A DNA stretch of 47,086 nt, from the NCBI GenBank assembly GCA_027064885.1, contig JAMOOZ010000117.1, positions 1-47,086 on the forward strand, given 5' to 3'. Position numbers and translations under genes: made by a program. Shown here one piece after another: positions 37,369 through 47,074 of this stretch (its first letter is position 1; the number at the start of each line of letters is the position of its first letter). Origin of the DNA: Desulfurococcales archaeon. Lineage in GTDB: Archaea > Thermoproteota > Thermoprotei_A > Sulfolobales > NBVN01. Below the pieces are notes generated by a model. That model searched no databases. It was not told where the DNA came from and saw nothing but the letters and a program-made list of their open reading frames with translations.

Positions 37369-38330
37369 GCCCTGTAGACCACTATGCTCCCGTACCCGTT
37401 GAACCCAGACTCTGTTTTTTCCAGCTTGTACGCTAGCAGCTTCCCCCTGGTAGCCTTCAACGCTCTTGCAGCTGCCAGCATCGCCGCGACTGCTCCCACG
37501 CCGCACCAGCTGAGCCTACCCCTAGCGTTTAGCTCCAGTAGCTCGCCCCAGTTCAGCCTCAACACAACCTCTATAGCCCTCTTGTCCTCCTGCTCGGCGT
37601 CATACTTTGTGCCAGTATAGTGGCTCATGTCGGTGCTCGCGAGGATAACCGTGTCCCTGCCAAGCTCCAGTACAGCGTTGGCTATAGCCCTGCCAAGGTA
37701 TGCTATAGGGCTCTTAAGCGCGTATGGCACTATTATCGGCACTATCCTCACGTCTGGCCCTATGAGCGCCGAGAGAATGGCAACGTGAACCTCTATACTG
37801 TGCTCCCTGGCGAAAAGCTCGGCCTCGCCATACCTTATGGCTATTCTGCCCTTGACAGCTTCAACTATAGCCTCCGCCATCCTGTCGTCAGTCCACAGCG
37901 TAGCCACTGGGCTCGCCAGCCCGAACCCCCTACCAACTGTTATCCTGTCAGTCCGCCCGTAGTGGTCTGGCCCGAGGATGACCACGGTCTCTGGCACACC
38001 CTCAACCACCATGTAGTAGTAGGCCCACCCGTACACGCCGAGAGCCAGCCTCAGCGGCGCGTGCGGGGCTACGAAGCCCAGGTACCCCCTCCTCCCAGCC
38101 AGTATCCTCCTCCCAGTATCTGGCATCGAGCCAGGCCCATCATTGTTGTAGAACATCCACCTGACATGCCCCATTAGCTCGTCGAACCTGCCTGGAAAGT
38201 ACATCCCAGCATGGGCAAGCCTCTCAATCGCCACGTCTCCCAGCCTCGCAGCAATACCATTATGCGGGCCTGGCCCCCTAAAAGGGGCGTAACCCCCATA
38301 CTCTCTCTGAGGCTGACAGGCTATGACCAC
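37365..38330 (-). CDS. MEMO1-family (AmmeMemoRadiSam protein B-like) protein
   Basis: APHA, ILGPDH, EHSIEV, STDMSHY, CG, GYGS motifs; likelier start GTG at 38234. Confidence 0.88.
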   Translation of the reverse strand: MVIACQPQREYGGYAPFRGPGPHNGIAARLGDVAIERLAHAGMYFPGRFDELMGHVRWMFYNNDGPGSMPDTGRRILAGRRGYLGFVAPHAPLRLALGVYGWAYYYMVVEGVPETVVILGPDHYGRTDRITVGRGFGLASPVATLWTDDRMAEAIVEAVKGRIAIRYGEAELFAREHSIEVHVAILSALIGPDVRIVPIIVPYALKSPIAYLGRAIANAVLELGRDTVILASTDMSHYTGTKYDAEQEDKRAIEVVLRLNWGELLELNARGRLSWCGVGAVAAMLAAARALKATRGKLLAYKLEKTESGFNGYGSIVVYRA

Positions 38331-39231
38331 GACGGCCTACACGATTACTGGCGAGAAGCTCCTAGACATTGCCGCCAACATAGTCCGCCAGTTCTTCCAC
38401 AAATACAAGCCAATACGGCCATACCTCTTTGTGAGCGGCGGCAAGGACAGCGTGGCAGTAGCAGCCGCGGTAGCCTACGCTGGCGACTCAATAAAGAACA
38501 AGGTAATAGTAGTGTACAACGAGCTTATGGGCAACACTCACCCTAGGAACGTGGAGCAAACATACAGGATTCTAGAGAGCCTCGGCTACGAGCAGCCGCA
38601 CAGGGTTAGGAGCCCCCACTACACGAACGTTAGGATAGCCGTTCTAAAGGGGTACAAATCGATCCACATAGAGGCGTTCAACAGGCATGGCGGGGACTTC
38701 TGGCACGGGGTTAGAACATGGGGGATTCCAGTCAAGCTAGCAGCCAGCGGCACACGCTGGTGCTACAATGAGCACAAGCAGAAGCACTGGGACGCCCTTC
38801 CACACGTTAACGGTAAGCGCTACAACATAATGGGCATAAAGATGGCTGATAGCAAGTGGAGGAGGATAAAGTGGAGCAACGCGAGGGACTATGCCAGAGA
38901 GATAACTGTAAGGCGCAAGGACATTAGGGAGATAGTCTTTACACCCATACTGAGGCTCACCGACAACCAGGTATGGCTCATCATACGCGAGGCAGGCCTA
39001 GACAAGCACCTCGAAACCTACCGCCAGTGCGGAGACAGCCTAAACTGCGTCTTCTGCCCCTTCCGCCGCTACGAGAAGCAGGTAAACATCATACGATGCA
39101 TAGGGGTAGACGACCCGATAGTCCGCCGTGCACACGAAACCCTGCATAGTATGCTGGAGCAGACTGACCAGCTCACCCGCCTTAAAGCAGAGGAGTGGCT
39201 CAGGGCTATAGAGGAGGCTGGGAGGGGGTAG
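38323..39231 (+). CDS. PAPS-reductase/PP-loop family protein
   Basis: SGGKDS PP-loop, RWC, C-terminal CVFCP. Confidence 0.85.
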   Translation: MTTTAYTITGEKLLDIAANIVRQFFHKYKPIRPYLFVSGGKDSVAVAAAVAYAGDSIKNKVIVVYNELMGNTHPRNVEQTYRILESLGYEQPHRVRSPHYTNVRIAVLKGYKSIHIEAFNRHGGDFWHGVRTWGIPVKLAASGTRWCYNEHKQKHWDALPHVNGKRYNIMGIKMADSKWRRIKWSNARDYAREITVRRKDIREIVFTPILRLTDNQVWLIIREAGLDKHLETYRQCGDSLNCVFCPFRRYEKQVNIIRCIGVDDPIVRRAHETLHSMLEQTDQLTRLKAEEWLRAIEEAGRG

Positions 39232-39234
39232 CCC

Positions 39235-39651
39235 GTGCCCACTCCCGAGACAGCCCTACTCGCGGCCCACGTACCGTTCATAATCTACATCCTCTATGAG
39301 ATGAAGAGGAATTGGGACGAATCACTGTTATTAGCGCTGCTAATGACCGTGCTGGCCCTGCTGCCGCCCCTTCTCAAGCTGGTGGCTTGTAGCCTCCCGC
39401 CACTGCTCGCGCTAGTTGTCTCCATAGTGGCTCTCCTAGGCGCGGGGTTCATGGTGGCCATAGGCGTTGACACATTGATGGATGTTAAGGCGTACTATGG
39501 CCTCAGAAGGCACGTCAAAGGAGTGATACTGCTGCTGCTGGTTTTAGCGCTGTACACGGCAGACATGCTCTATGCGCTAGATATCATCAAGCAAGTGGTT
39601 GTCATACTGTCGCACAGCTGCCACTGCACATGCAACACAAGCCTAATCTAA
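39235..39651 (+). CDS. Multi-pass membrane protein
   Basis: About four hydrophobic segments. Confidence 0.7.
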   Translation: MPTPETALLAAHVPFIIYILYEMKRNWDESLLLALLMTVLALLPPLLKLVACSLPPLLALVVSIVALLGAGFMVAIGVDTLMDVKAYYGLRRHVKGVILLLLVLALYTADMLYALDIIKQVVVILSHSCHCTCNTSLI

Positions 39652-39702
39652 CATAGCAACCCAAATCCCAGAGTTTTCCCCCACACATACCTGGGTGGGC
39701 GG

Positions 39703-40305
39703 ATGAGCTGGCTAGGCCTCAGACATAAGGGCGTAGAAGTCCTGTATCCTGATGAGTGGAATAGAGTTGTCGATGGCCTGGATATTCTTAAACAATATCT
39801 CGACGAGAAGGTTGGCGTTGTAGACCTGAAGAACCTGTCAAGCGATGTCGCCCCCTCAGAGGACAACAAGTACAACCTGGGCGAGGAGGATAGGGCGTGG
39901 AGGGCCGTCTACGCTCACTACGGCTACTTCCTAGACAACGCCTATGTGCAGGGGCGCCGCGTGTTGAAGGACGGCGACCCAGTGTCGGTCTACTACTTCG
40001 AGGGGCCAGCGAAGGAGGAGATAGACGCCATCTACATGAACACCAGCAGGCCCAAGAGCATAGACACCCTAGCACTACAGGTCGGCCCCACACCAACCCC
40101 GCTCAGCGATGTGGACAGGGTTGTGAAGCGGATACACGTCAAGGTGCCAAGGAGCAGTCCAAGCATAGTCTACCTCGGCAGCGAGGACAAGCAAGAGTAC
40201 ATACTGGAGCCAGGAGACATAGACGTCTTCGAGGTAGATAACCCGAGGAAGATTTACGTGAGGAGCCTCGGGAACGCCACCATATACATAGCCTTCGAAG
40301 AGTAG
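39703..40305 (+). CDS. Probable virion/fibre-associated protein
   Basis: LYPDEWNRVV and PSEDNKYNLG...WRAVYA motifs of fibre-type proteins; beta-rich C-terminus. Confidence 0.55.
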   Translation: MSWLGLRHKGVEVLYPDEWNRVVDGLDILKQYLDEKVGVVDLKNLSSDVAPSEDNKYNLGEEDRAWRAVYAHYGYFLDNAYVQGRRVLKDGDPVSVYYFEGPAKEEIDAIYMNTSRPKSIDTLALQVGPTPTPLSDVDRVVKRIHVKVPRSSPSIVYLGSEDKQEYILEPGDIDVFEVDNPRKIYVRSLGNATIYIAFEE

Positions 40306-40405
40306 CACTGGCACTAGCCGACCAGCCCTAGCCTCCTGTTTTTTCTCGTGCCCACACCCTTTTCACGCATGCAATGCCTCTCCTACACATTGTCCAGGGG
40401 TAGAC

Positions 40406-41464
40406 GTGAGGCCAAGGTACATCTTCTACGTGTACCCTATGTGGCACCGTGTCTCGTTCACATTGATAGCTGAGAAGCATGTGGAGCAGCTCAAGCGCTG
40501 GTATAGGGTTGAGCGCATAGACGAGCTGGCTTTTCCCCACATAATGCCTATGAGCAGGCCGATAGTCTTCATGCACCCGTTCTTCTACGCTATGAGCCGC
40601 GCCGCCAGGTTCATAGCCAGGAAGCTCCACCTCTACAAGGCCATAATCGGTGTTGACGTGGCTGACAGCGACCACATAAGCAGCCTAGCAGTATCAATGA
40701 CGGACTACGCTACAGCCATGATAGTCCCCTCAAGCTTCTCCAGGCAGGCCTACGTCCGCAGCGGTGTCAAAGCCCCAGTCTACGTTGTCCCCCACGGCCT
40801 TGACAGGGAGTGGTATGAGCGGCCCAACATAGCCCCGAAATATTTCGGAGACCTCCTAAGGCTCAAGGAGAAGAAGGGCTACAAGTACCTACTATACTTC
40901 CTCTGGCACAGCCCCTACCGCAAAGGCTTCGACCTCGTCGTAGAGATATACAAGAGGCTCAAGCAGGAGCGCAAGGACGTCAAGCTAGTCTTCAAAACCA
41001 AAACAGCCGACGGCAGGGAGGCCGCGATAATGCGGGGCCTGGGCGCGATACACGTCTACGGATGGCTCACCGAGGAGCAGAAGATGGCCCTATACGACAC
41101 GTGCGACATCTACATCCTAGCGAGCAGGGGCGGAGGCTTCGAGATGAACGGCCTAGAAGCGCTGGCCAGAGGCCTACCAGTCATAGCCGCGAGGGGCGGG
41201 AGCTGGGAGGACTACCTGCCAGACTGGCTCCTAGTAGACAGCAAGCCAACACCATGGGTTCTCAAGGACAACCCTATCCACGACGGCAAAGGCGTAGAGA
41301 TGAGGATCGATAAGGCTGTAGACAAGCTCCACGACATACTTGAGAACCTAGACGACTACAAGGCCCGTGTAAGGGAGCACGTCTCAAAAATCAGGCACAT
41401 CTACAACTGGGACAATGTGGGTAAGCTGTTGCGGAGGGTGGTGGAGGATGTCTCGCAGCCTTAA
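40406..41464 (+). CDS. GT4 glycosyltransferase
   Basis: IVPSSF, VVPHG, RKG, SRGGGFEMNGLEALARGLPVI. Confidence 0.92.
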   Translation: MRPRYIFYVYPMWHRVSFTLIAEKHVEQLKRWYRVERIDELAFPHIMPMSRPIVFMHPFFYAMSRAARFIARKLHLYKAIIGVDVADSDHISSLAVSMTDYATAMIVPSSFSRQAYVRSGVKAPVYVVPHGLDREWYERPNIAPKYFGDLLRLKEKKGYKYLLYFLWHSPYRKGFDLVVEIYKRLKQERKDVKLVFKTKTADGREAAIMRGLGAIHVYGWLTEEQKMALYDTCDIYILASRGGGFEMNGLEALARGLPVIAARGGSWEDYLPDWLLVDSKPTPWVLKDNPIHDGKGVEMRIDKAVDKLHDILENLDDYKARVREHVSKIRHIYNWDNVGKLLRRVVEDVSQP

Positions 41465-42014
41465 GCACATCTCCACCGAGGAGGCTGGCAAGTACGGCTG
41501 GGGCCTCATACTGGTGAGGCGCTCAGAGCTCTATAGGCTCCTCCAGCAGCTCCTCCAGCGCAAGCCTAGCGCTGACATTCTTGAGGTCGGCGCCTACAAG
41601 TGCATGCTCTACCACTGGCTAGACCAGAACTTCCCAAGGCGAACATACGGTTGGCGCTACGTGGGAGTAGACATCCTAGGGCCGTTCCCAGAATGGGAGG
41701 GTAAGGAGTGCTACGTGATGAACGCTGAGGCCCTAGAGTTCCCAGCCGAGAGCTTCGACGCCGTGCTGATGATAGAGGTGCTGGAGCACATACCAGACTA
41801 CACCAGAGCCCTGCGCGAGGCCTACAGGGTGCTGAGGCCAGGCGGCCTCATATTCATACAGAGCGTGATATGCAGCGACCCTAACGCGCTGGCAGACCGT
41901 ACCCACTTCCACGTCCTACATCCTGAGACCCTGAAGCGGCTACTAGCGTGGCTGGGCTTCAAGCGAGCCGACGCGGTGGAGGAAGCAAACTTCGCGGTCT
42001 GGGCTTACAAGTAG
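41415..42014 (+). CDS. Class I SAM-dependent methyltransferase
   Basis: ILEVGA, GVDI, FDAV..EVLEHI, RVLRPGG; probable start 41448 (MSRSL). Confidence 0.9.
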   Translation: MWVSCCGGWWRMSRSLKHISTEEAGKYGWGLILVRRSELYRLLQQLLQRKPSADILEVGAYKCMLYHWLDQNFPRRTYGWRYVGVDILGPFPEWEGKECYVMNAEALEFPAESFDAVLMIEVLEHIPDYTRALREAYRVLRPGGLIFIQSVICSDPNALADRTHFHVLHPETLKRLLAWLGFKRADAVEEANFAVWAYK

Positions 42015-42030
42015 AGAGTGGTGGGCACGG

Positions 42031-42720
42031 GTGCCAGCCAGGCGCAGGCGCACAATGGATAGGAACCCGATACGCCGCTTCGAACTGTGGGATAGGAAGC
42101 TGAAGCCAGAGATTGTCGCCGAGCAGCTCCGAGCGGTCAAGGAGCTTGCAAAGCCCAAAATGCTCAGCTACCAGGTAACCCACGAGTACCTGATAAAGCT
42201 GGTCAAAGATGTGCTGGCCTCATTCCCGAGCGAGGCGGCCAGACACCATGAGTACATGTGGTTCGCCCAGGGAGTCTGGGAGTGCACGCAGAAGTACAGG
42301 GGGCCAGCCCTTGAGAAGTGCGCCGTGCAGAAGTACGTGCACCACAAGGTCAGCGACCTCAACGACACAGCCATGAGGATAATAGCCTCACGCCTCGGCG
42401 TCAAGCTACCACCATGGGACACAATCCTGGTCAAATACCTGAAAGTCCCAATACAGGTTACAACGGTAGAGACAGTCTGGGGGTACCCCTTGGTCAGGCT
42501 CGGCTCAGTACAGCCAGTTTACATCGAGGCTGAAAAGAGCGGCCTCAACATACAGGTAATAATAACAAAGCCCAGCGGCGCCAAGATAACCACTACAGCC
42601 GAAGACCTGGGCGAGGGCAACTACAAGGTGGACATATACTTTGACGAGAAGGGTATGTGGCTGATAGAAGCGGTGTTCCCAGACGGGTATAAGATGAAAA
42701 AACAGGTGTACGTGGGGTAG
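42031..42720 (+). CDS. Second SIRV2-capsid-fold-like protein fused to a C-terminal Ig-like domain
   Basis: RRFELWDRKL.P...VKELA...VKDVL...YMWFA...GPAL pattern; C-terminal ITKPSG..DLGEGNYKV..GMWLIEA. Confidence 0.6.
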   Translation: MPARRRRTMDRNPIRRFELWDRKLKPEIVAEQLRAVKELAKPKMLSYQVTHEYLIKLVKDVLASFPSEAARHHEYMWFAQGVWECTQKYRGPALEKCAVQKYVHHKVSDLNDTAMRIIASRLGVKLPPWDTILVKYLKVPIQVTTVETVWGYPLVRLGSVQPVYIEAEKSGLNIQVIITKPSGAKITTTAEDLGEGNYKVDIYFDEKGMWLIEAVFPDGYKMKKQVYVG

Positions 42721-42725
42721 TTTTT

Positions 42726-42923
42726 TCAGCCCATCTCATGCCCCCTAGTCTTGCCAGCCCTACCGCCCATCTGGCCCCCGCCGCCGCACTTCTCCTCAAG
42801 CTCCTTAACCATCTTTATCAGCTGGTCTATCTTCTGCTCAATCTTCTGGAGCTTCCTCTCCAGATAGTTGAACTGTAGCTTGATGCTTATCTCTCCGCCA
42901 TCCTCAGCGTTTATCGCAGGCAT
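42726..42923 (-). CDS. Small coiled-coil protein
   Basis: LERKLQKIEQKIDQLIKMVKEL; GGTGTGA SD. Confidence 0.7.
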   Translation of the reverse strand: MPAINAEDGGEISIKLQFNYLERKLQKIEQKIDQLIKMVKELEEKCGGGGQMGGRAGKTRGHEMG

Positions 42924-42942
42924 CTAGCTCACACCCCTACCG

Positions 42943-43425
42943 TTAGACTATCTGGCTCCACGGCTGGAACGCTGCCCTAATCTCGAAGCTGTAGTCTAGC
43001 GTTAGCGGGTTCTGGTCGCTCACGCCAGCATTCCTAACTATCACAGTAACCTTGTGGAATGCTGTTGCCGCACGCTCCAGGAACAGTAGCAGATGCTCGT
43101 CGGTGAAGTCTGCTGGGTTGTAGACACCCCTCCTGTACAGCTTGCCGTCAACGTACCAGCGCACCTCTATCTCGGCGTCTGGGTGTGTGTCGGCTAGCGC
43201 GGCGAAGTTTGCCATGTCAATCCAGCCCATCAGTGTGTGCGGCTTCTTGTTAACTATCTCGTACTGGCTGGTGTCTATCACTGTAACCTCAACATTCTCT
43301 TGTTTTATGTCAACGCTCTGCGCTATAGGCGCCAGGTGTATGATGCTAGCCTTCGCTATCCTGTTAGTCTCCTCTATCTGCCTGGCAATATTTGATGGTA
43401 CCTGGGTTGGGGGGAACTCTGGCAT
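42943..43425 (-). CDS. Beta-rich hypothetical protein
   Basis: LMGWIDM motif shared with the next ORF. Confidence 0.7.
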   Translation of the reverse strand: MPEFPPTQVPSNIARQIEETNRIAKASIIHLAPIAQSVDIKQENVEVTVIDTSQYEIVNKKPHTLMGWIDMANFAALADTHPDAEIEVRWYVDGKLYRRGVYNPADFTDEHLLLFLERAATAFHKVTVIVRNAGVSDQNPLTLDYSFEIRAAFQPWSQIV

Positions 43426-43470
43426 GGTCGCCCTACCCTCCAGTCTGGTAGTAGTAGTGGCACCCCACTC

Positions 43471-43884
43471 TTATGCAAAGCGTCTCATCAGCCATGCCTT
43501 CACGCCGATGTCTGGCTTCACCGCGGCTATCCAGTAGGGGATATCGAATACTTCTCCCCTGGTTACGGTAACCGTTAGCCGCGCCCTACCCCACCTGGGT
43601 ATGTACATGGGCTTAACATGCACCAGCGCCGCGTCCCCTGGGGCGCTATACTCGGCGCATAGGCTGCTGGGCCTCTGCTGCCCAGCAGCAACATACATCT
43701 CTATGCACAGCTGAACCTGCGTGCCAGCAGGCATCCCGCTAAGGTCTACCCAGCCAGTTAGGATGTAGTCGTCATCCATCTCTGGCACCTGCACCAGGGT
43801 GGCTTCAACACCGACCCCAGCTGGCCTGGCGACGCCAGTGTAAACCTCCTTGCCATCCATCACGCCCGCCTCCAGCGCCTCCAC
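43471..43884 (-). CDS. Beta-rich hypothetical protein, probable paralog of 42943..43425
   Basis: LTGWVDLSGM; similar strand pattern. Confidence 0.65.
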   Translation of the reverse strand: MEALEAGVMDGKEVYTGVARPAGVGVEATLVQVPEMDDDYILTGWVDLSGMPAGTQVQLCIEMYVAAGQQRPSSLCAEYSAPGDAALVHVKPMYIPRWGRARLTVTVTRGEVFDIPYWIAAVKPDIGVKAWLMRRFA

Positions 43885-43979
43885 GCTATAGGTTGCATCG
43901 GCGGTTGCTTTAGCACGCTAGCCCCACAACCCCCTGGGAGCTTAAAGCCAGCCAGAATCCCCGCACTTGTGTACGGTGC

Positions 43980-44828
43980 GTGGGAGCCGTGCTACACATC
44001 ATAACCTGGGCCTACCCGTCTCCAGCCATGTTCAAGCGCAGCGCCCCCGCCACACTGAACAAGCTCAGCGTCCACATTTTCAACGGTATACTAACCATTG
44101 CAACGGCAATGATTGACGGTGATCGCATAGTAATAACGCCAGACGGGGACATGGCCCACAGCGTGTCCTACGGCCACAACGGCGAAGACGTGCTCATGCC
44201 ACTCTACTATGGTGCGAGAAGCGACTTCCACTCACTGATAATGGACATACTAGACCCCAAGTACAATGACTTGGAGGTACCCTACAAGCTCTACATAGGC
44301 AGGTACGACGTCTACTGCGCCACGCCAACCAGCGGCGACACGGCAGAGTGCGAGGTCGTGCAGAGACGCGAGCCCGAGTACGAGCCCAGCATAGACCTCC
44401 CACCAAACAGTATGACCATCATGGCCTACACTGACATGGCCTCAGCCCTTGAGCTGGCCCTCCACAACAGGCCAGTACCAATCACAACACTAACCATAGG
44501 CGTCGACAAAAAGGGCAACATAGCATCAATCTCTGCCAGGCTCCTAGACAACGTAATCCACGTCATAGGCCTGGACGACCGTGAGATACTGGTAATCGAC
44601 TCTATGGGCGAGAAGGTGTCAAGCGTGATAAGCATCTTAGAATACAGCGATGACAAGAAGACAGCCATGGACGTCCTAGTTCACGGTTTGATGGAGTGCC
44701 CATCATGCGAAATGATATTCCTTGGAGCAATACAGGTCGACCTAAGCAGGGCCTCAAAGGCTATCCAGAAGATGATTAGGTCAGACCAAGAGTACGTCCT
44801 TCCAGCACCACAAAATATGCACATCTAG
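43980..44828 (+). CDS. Hypothetical protein
   Basis: 282-aa ORF after a GCTTAAA box. Confidence 0.7.
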   Translation: MGAVLHIITWAYPSPAMFKRSAPATLNKLSVHIFNGILTIATAMIDGDRIVITPDGDMAHSVSYGHNGEDVLMPLYYGARSDFHSLIMDILDPKYNDLEVPYKLYIGRYDVYCATPTSGDTAECEVVQRREPEYEPSIDLPPNSMTIMAYTDMASALELALHNRPVPITTLTIGVDKKGNIASISARLLDNVIHVIGLDDREILVIDSMGEKVSSVISILEYSDDKKTAMDVLVHGLMECPSCEMIFLGAIQVDLSRASKAIQKMIRSDQEYVLPAPQNMHI

Positions 44829-44843
44829 CTGGGGTGAACAGCC

Positions 44844-45251
44844 GTGTCGGCGCTGCCCGTAGCGCTCGTAAAGTATGTAGACCCTAGGGTTCTCGGGAAG
44901 GCTGTTGAGCTCATAGAGAAGCATAGGAAGAAACTTCACATGGACGCTAGGAGGCTCGCCGACCTTCTCGCGGAGGCTGTGAAGAAGCTTGTAGACGAGA
45001 GTGGAGGAGAGCTGGACAGAGCAACATACCTTAGGATGGCACTGACCGTTCTTGCGGCGGTCAGAATGTACATGTACATTCTAGCTGAGGCGGCTTACAA
45101 GCGTATAGAGCAGTCTACGCCAGAGGCTCCAGGCAAGAAGCTGGCCTACGTGAAGACGGTGAACGAGGCGCTGGAGGTTGCGTGGCACCTGTCGGTGATG
45201 GTTCTAGAGTGCCCAGAGTGTGGCGAGGAGGAGAAGCCCCTCTACATGTAG
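44844..45251 (+). CDS. Hypothetical helical protein with C-terminal CxxC
   Basis: GGGGTGA SD; CPEC. Confidence 0.75.
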   Translation: MSALPVALVKYVDPRVLGKAVELIEKHRKKLHMDARRLADLLAEAVKKLVDESGGELDRATYLRMALTVLAAVRMYMYILAEAAYKRIEQSTPEAPGKKLAYVKTVNEALEVAWHLSVMVLECPECGEEEKPLYM

Positions 45252-45421
45252 GTTTTTAACCTCGCACGGCCACGACGGCCCCTTTTAAGGCCTAGTTCTG
45301 CTCTAAGCTTAGCACTACAACAGTTAGAGTGCCGCCAGCCGCTCCACTTTTATCCAAGCGGTATTACACCTTCTGTACACGGCCCAACGGCCAACGTACA
45401 CATGGTCGGAGGTGTGTATGC

Positions 45422-46426
45422 ATGTCGGATGCAACCAAGAACCCCATAACCCAGGTTGTACCTGGTTCTGTTGAAGAGGAGGAGATTGTTTTTGAACAGG
45501 TCTACTGGCGCCCCTTCAACCGCGATAGGGTAATACATCACGAGCCTCTAACCGAGTTCTTCCACGACCACGGCGTTGGAACATGGATTCTTCCTAGGTT
45601 GGAGCAGAGGGAGCAAAGGCTACTGGCTATAAGGCTCGCAAAGACGCAGACGAAGGTTAGGCGCCGCGGGTATAGGATGGAGCAGCTTGTCAAGGTGCTC
45701 CAGCACATAGAGCGTGTGTGCGGCGCGCTGGGGATAGACGAGAACACATGTTCGCTCGCTGCAAGCCTAGCCCACAAGCTGTCCATGTACGTTATAAGGC
45801 ATAGGGACGCTGGCAAGGCCGCTGTAGCACTCTACGCCGCACTCGTCAGCCAGTGCTACCCCTCCGACGTCATAGCTGAAGCCGTTAGCATGGTGTTGGG
45901 CGAGTACAGTAAGGATATCGAGTTCTGGATAAGGAGGCTCATAACAAGGTATGGTCTACCGTTGAAGTGTACGAATCAGCGGCTCCTGGTATCAAGGATA
46001 ATCAGCATGGCAGCCTCCAGGCTCAACCTACCTGACAGCGTGCGCCTCCTCGCCGATAGGCTGGCCATGCTCTACTATGTGCAGAGCATTCCCAGGGGGC
46101 TGGCGGCTGCAAGCGTCTACGCTGCAATGAAGCTCAGCGACATGTACACCACCGAGGACATGGTGGCTGAGGCCCTCAACATAACAGACGCCTCAGTGAG
46201 GAACGCCCTGAAGAAGATGGGCCTCACAGTAGTCTACTACTACTGTGCAGACAGGCCAATGGGCTCGTGCATAAAGCTGCTAGAGTGGAGGCAGGGCGTC
46301 GACAGTGTCGGCCTGAGAAGCCCAGGAGAATTCGCCATCCATGTAGGCGCCAAGGACTACGTCTACGAGCTAATGCTAGGAAAGCCAGTAAAGCTCTACC
46401 TAGCCCCCAGGGGGGATGGCAAATGA
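45422..46426 (+). CDS. TFB (TFIIB)-like protein lacking the N-terminal Zn-ribbon
   Basis: B-reader-like WRPF..HDHGVGT; two cyclin repeats incl. PRGLAAASVYAA..VAEALNITDASVRN; ATG at 45422 after GGAGGTG. Confidence 0.75.
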   Translation: MSDATKNPITQVVPGSVEEEEIVFEQVYWRPFNRDRVIHHEPLTEFFHDHGVGTWILPRLEQREQRLLAIRLAKTQTKVRRRGYRMEQLVKVLQHIERVCGALGIDENTCSLAASLAHKLSMYVIRHRDAGKAAVALYAALVSQCYPSDVIAEAVSMVLGEYSKDIEFWIRRLITRYGLPLKCTNQRLLVSRIISMAASRLNLPDSVRLLADRLAMLYYVQSIPRGLAAASVYAAMKLSDMYTTEDMVAEALNITDASVRNALKKMGLTVVYYYCADRPMGSCIKLLEWRQGVDSVGLRSPGEFAIHVGAKDYVYELMLGKPVKLYLAPRGDGK

Positions 46427-46737
46427 GCCTGAAAACCCAGCTCCTAGAGCACATACTCTCTTTTTGCAAGTCCAAACACAGAAACTGGTTCACAAAGGAG
46501 GAGCTATTCGTCTACATCTGGCACCGAGACCGTAGCGTCAAGATAGAGTCGGTTCTGCGGGAGCTTAGGAGGCTGGTTAGGGACGGGTTCCTCGTGAGGC
46601 AGGAGGTGTACAATGGGGAAAAAACAGTCGTCTACTACGCGATAATCAGCAGGATAAGGAGCTACCTCATCTCCCAGAAATCTCGACGACTTTCTGACTA
46701 CCTTCGCCAGCCTCCTCAGCAGCCTCTTGCTCAATGA
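46423..46737 (+). CDS. Winged helix-turn-helix protein
   Basis: ATG at 46423; FTKEEL..SVLRELRRLVRDGFL. Confidence 0.75.
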   Translation: MSLKTQLLEHILSFCKSKHRNWFTKEELFVYIWHRDRSVKIESVLRELRRLVRDGFLVRQEVYNGEKTVVYYAIISRIRSYLISQKSRRLSDYLRQPPQQPLAQ

Positions 46738-47074
46738 GCTTTCTCACGTCCAGTACGTAGACGCCAGGGTCTTTCTCTATGAACCCGTTCTTCTCCAGTA
46801 TCCTCCTGAAAGCCCCCATGTTTATGTCGGTGCCGTACATGGCTATTATGTTGGCCAGCTCCTTGCTTAGAATCATAGCCTTAATCCTCGGCCCCTTCCT
46901 CAGCATTATCAGCTTGATAGCAGCCCTCACCAGCGCAGTACCTATGCCAAGATTCCTCCACGCCTTAGCCACGTACACGTCGTATATGTACCCGCTCCAC
47001 TTCCTGTCAACAATCAGCAGCAGGTAGCCGACAGGGATAACGCTGTCGCCCACAATAGCCTCGGCCCTGAACAT
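46667..47074 (-). CDS. GNAT acetyltransferase (may be 5'-truncated by the window edge)
   Basis: IYDVYV..WRNLGIGTALV acetyl-CoA motif; LEKNGF. Confidence 0.85.
   Translation of the reverse strand: MFRAEAIVGDSVIPVGYLLLIVDRKWSGYIYDVYVAKAWRNLGIGTALVRAAIKLIMLRKGPRIKAMILSKELANIIAMYGTDINMGAFRRILEKNGFIEKDPGVYVLDVRKLIEQEAAEEAGEGSQKVVEISGR

Noticed and set aside
38323-39231. QueC assignment for the PP-loop protein
   Set aside because: SGGKDS with RWC and CxxCP fits the PAPS-reductase family, not the QueC SGGxDS plus Zn-site pattern
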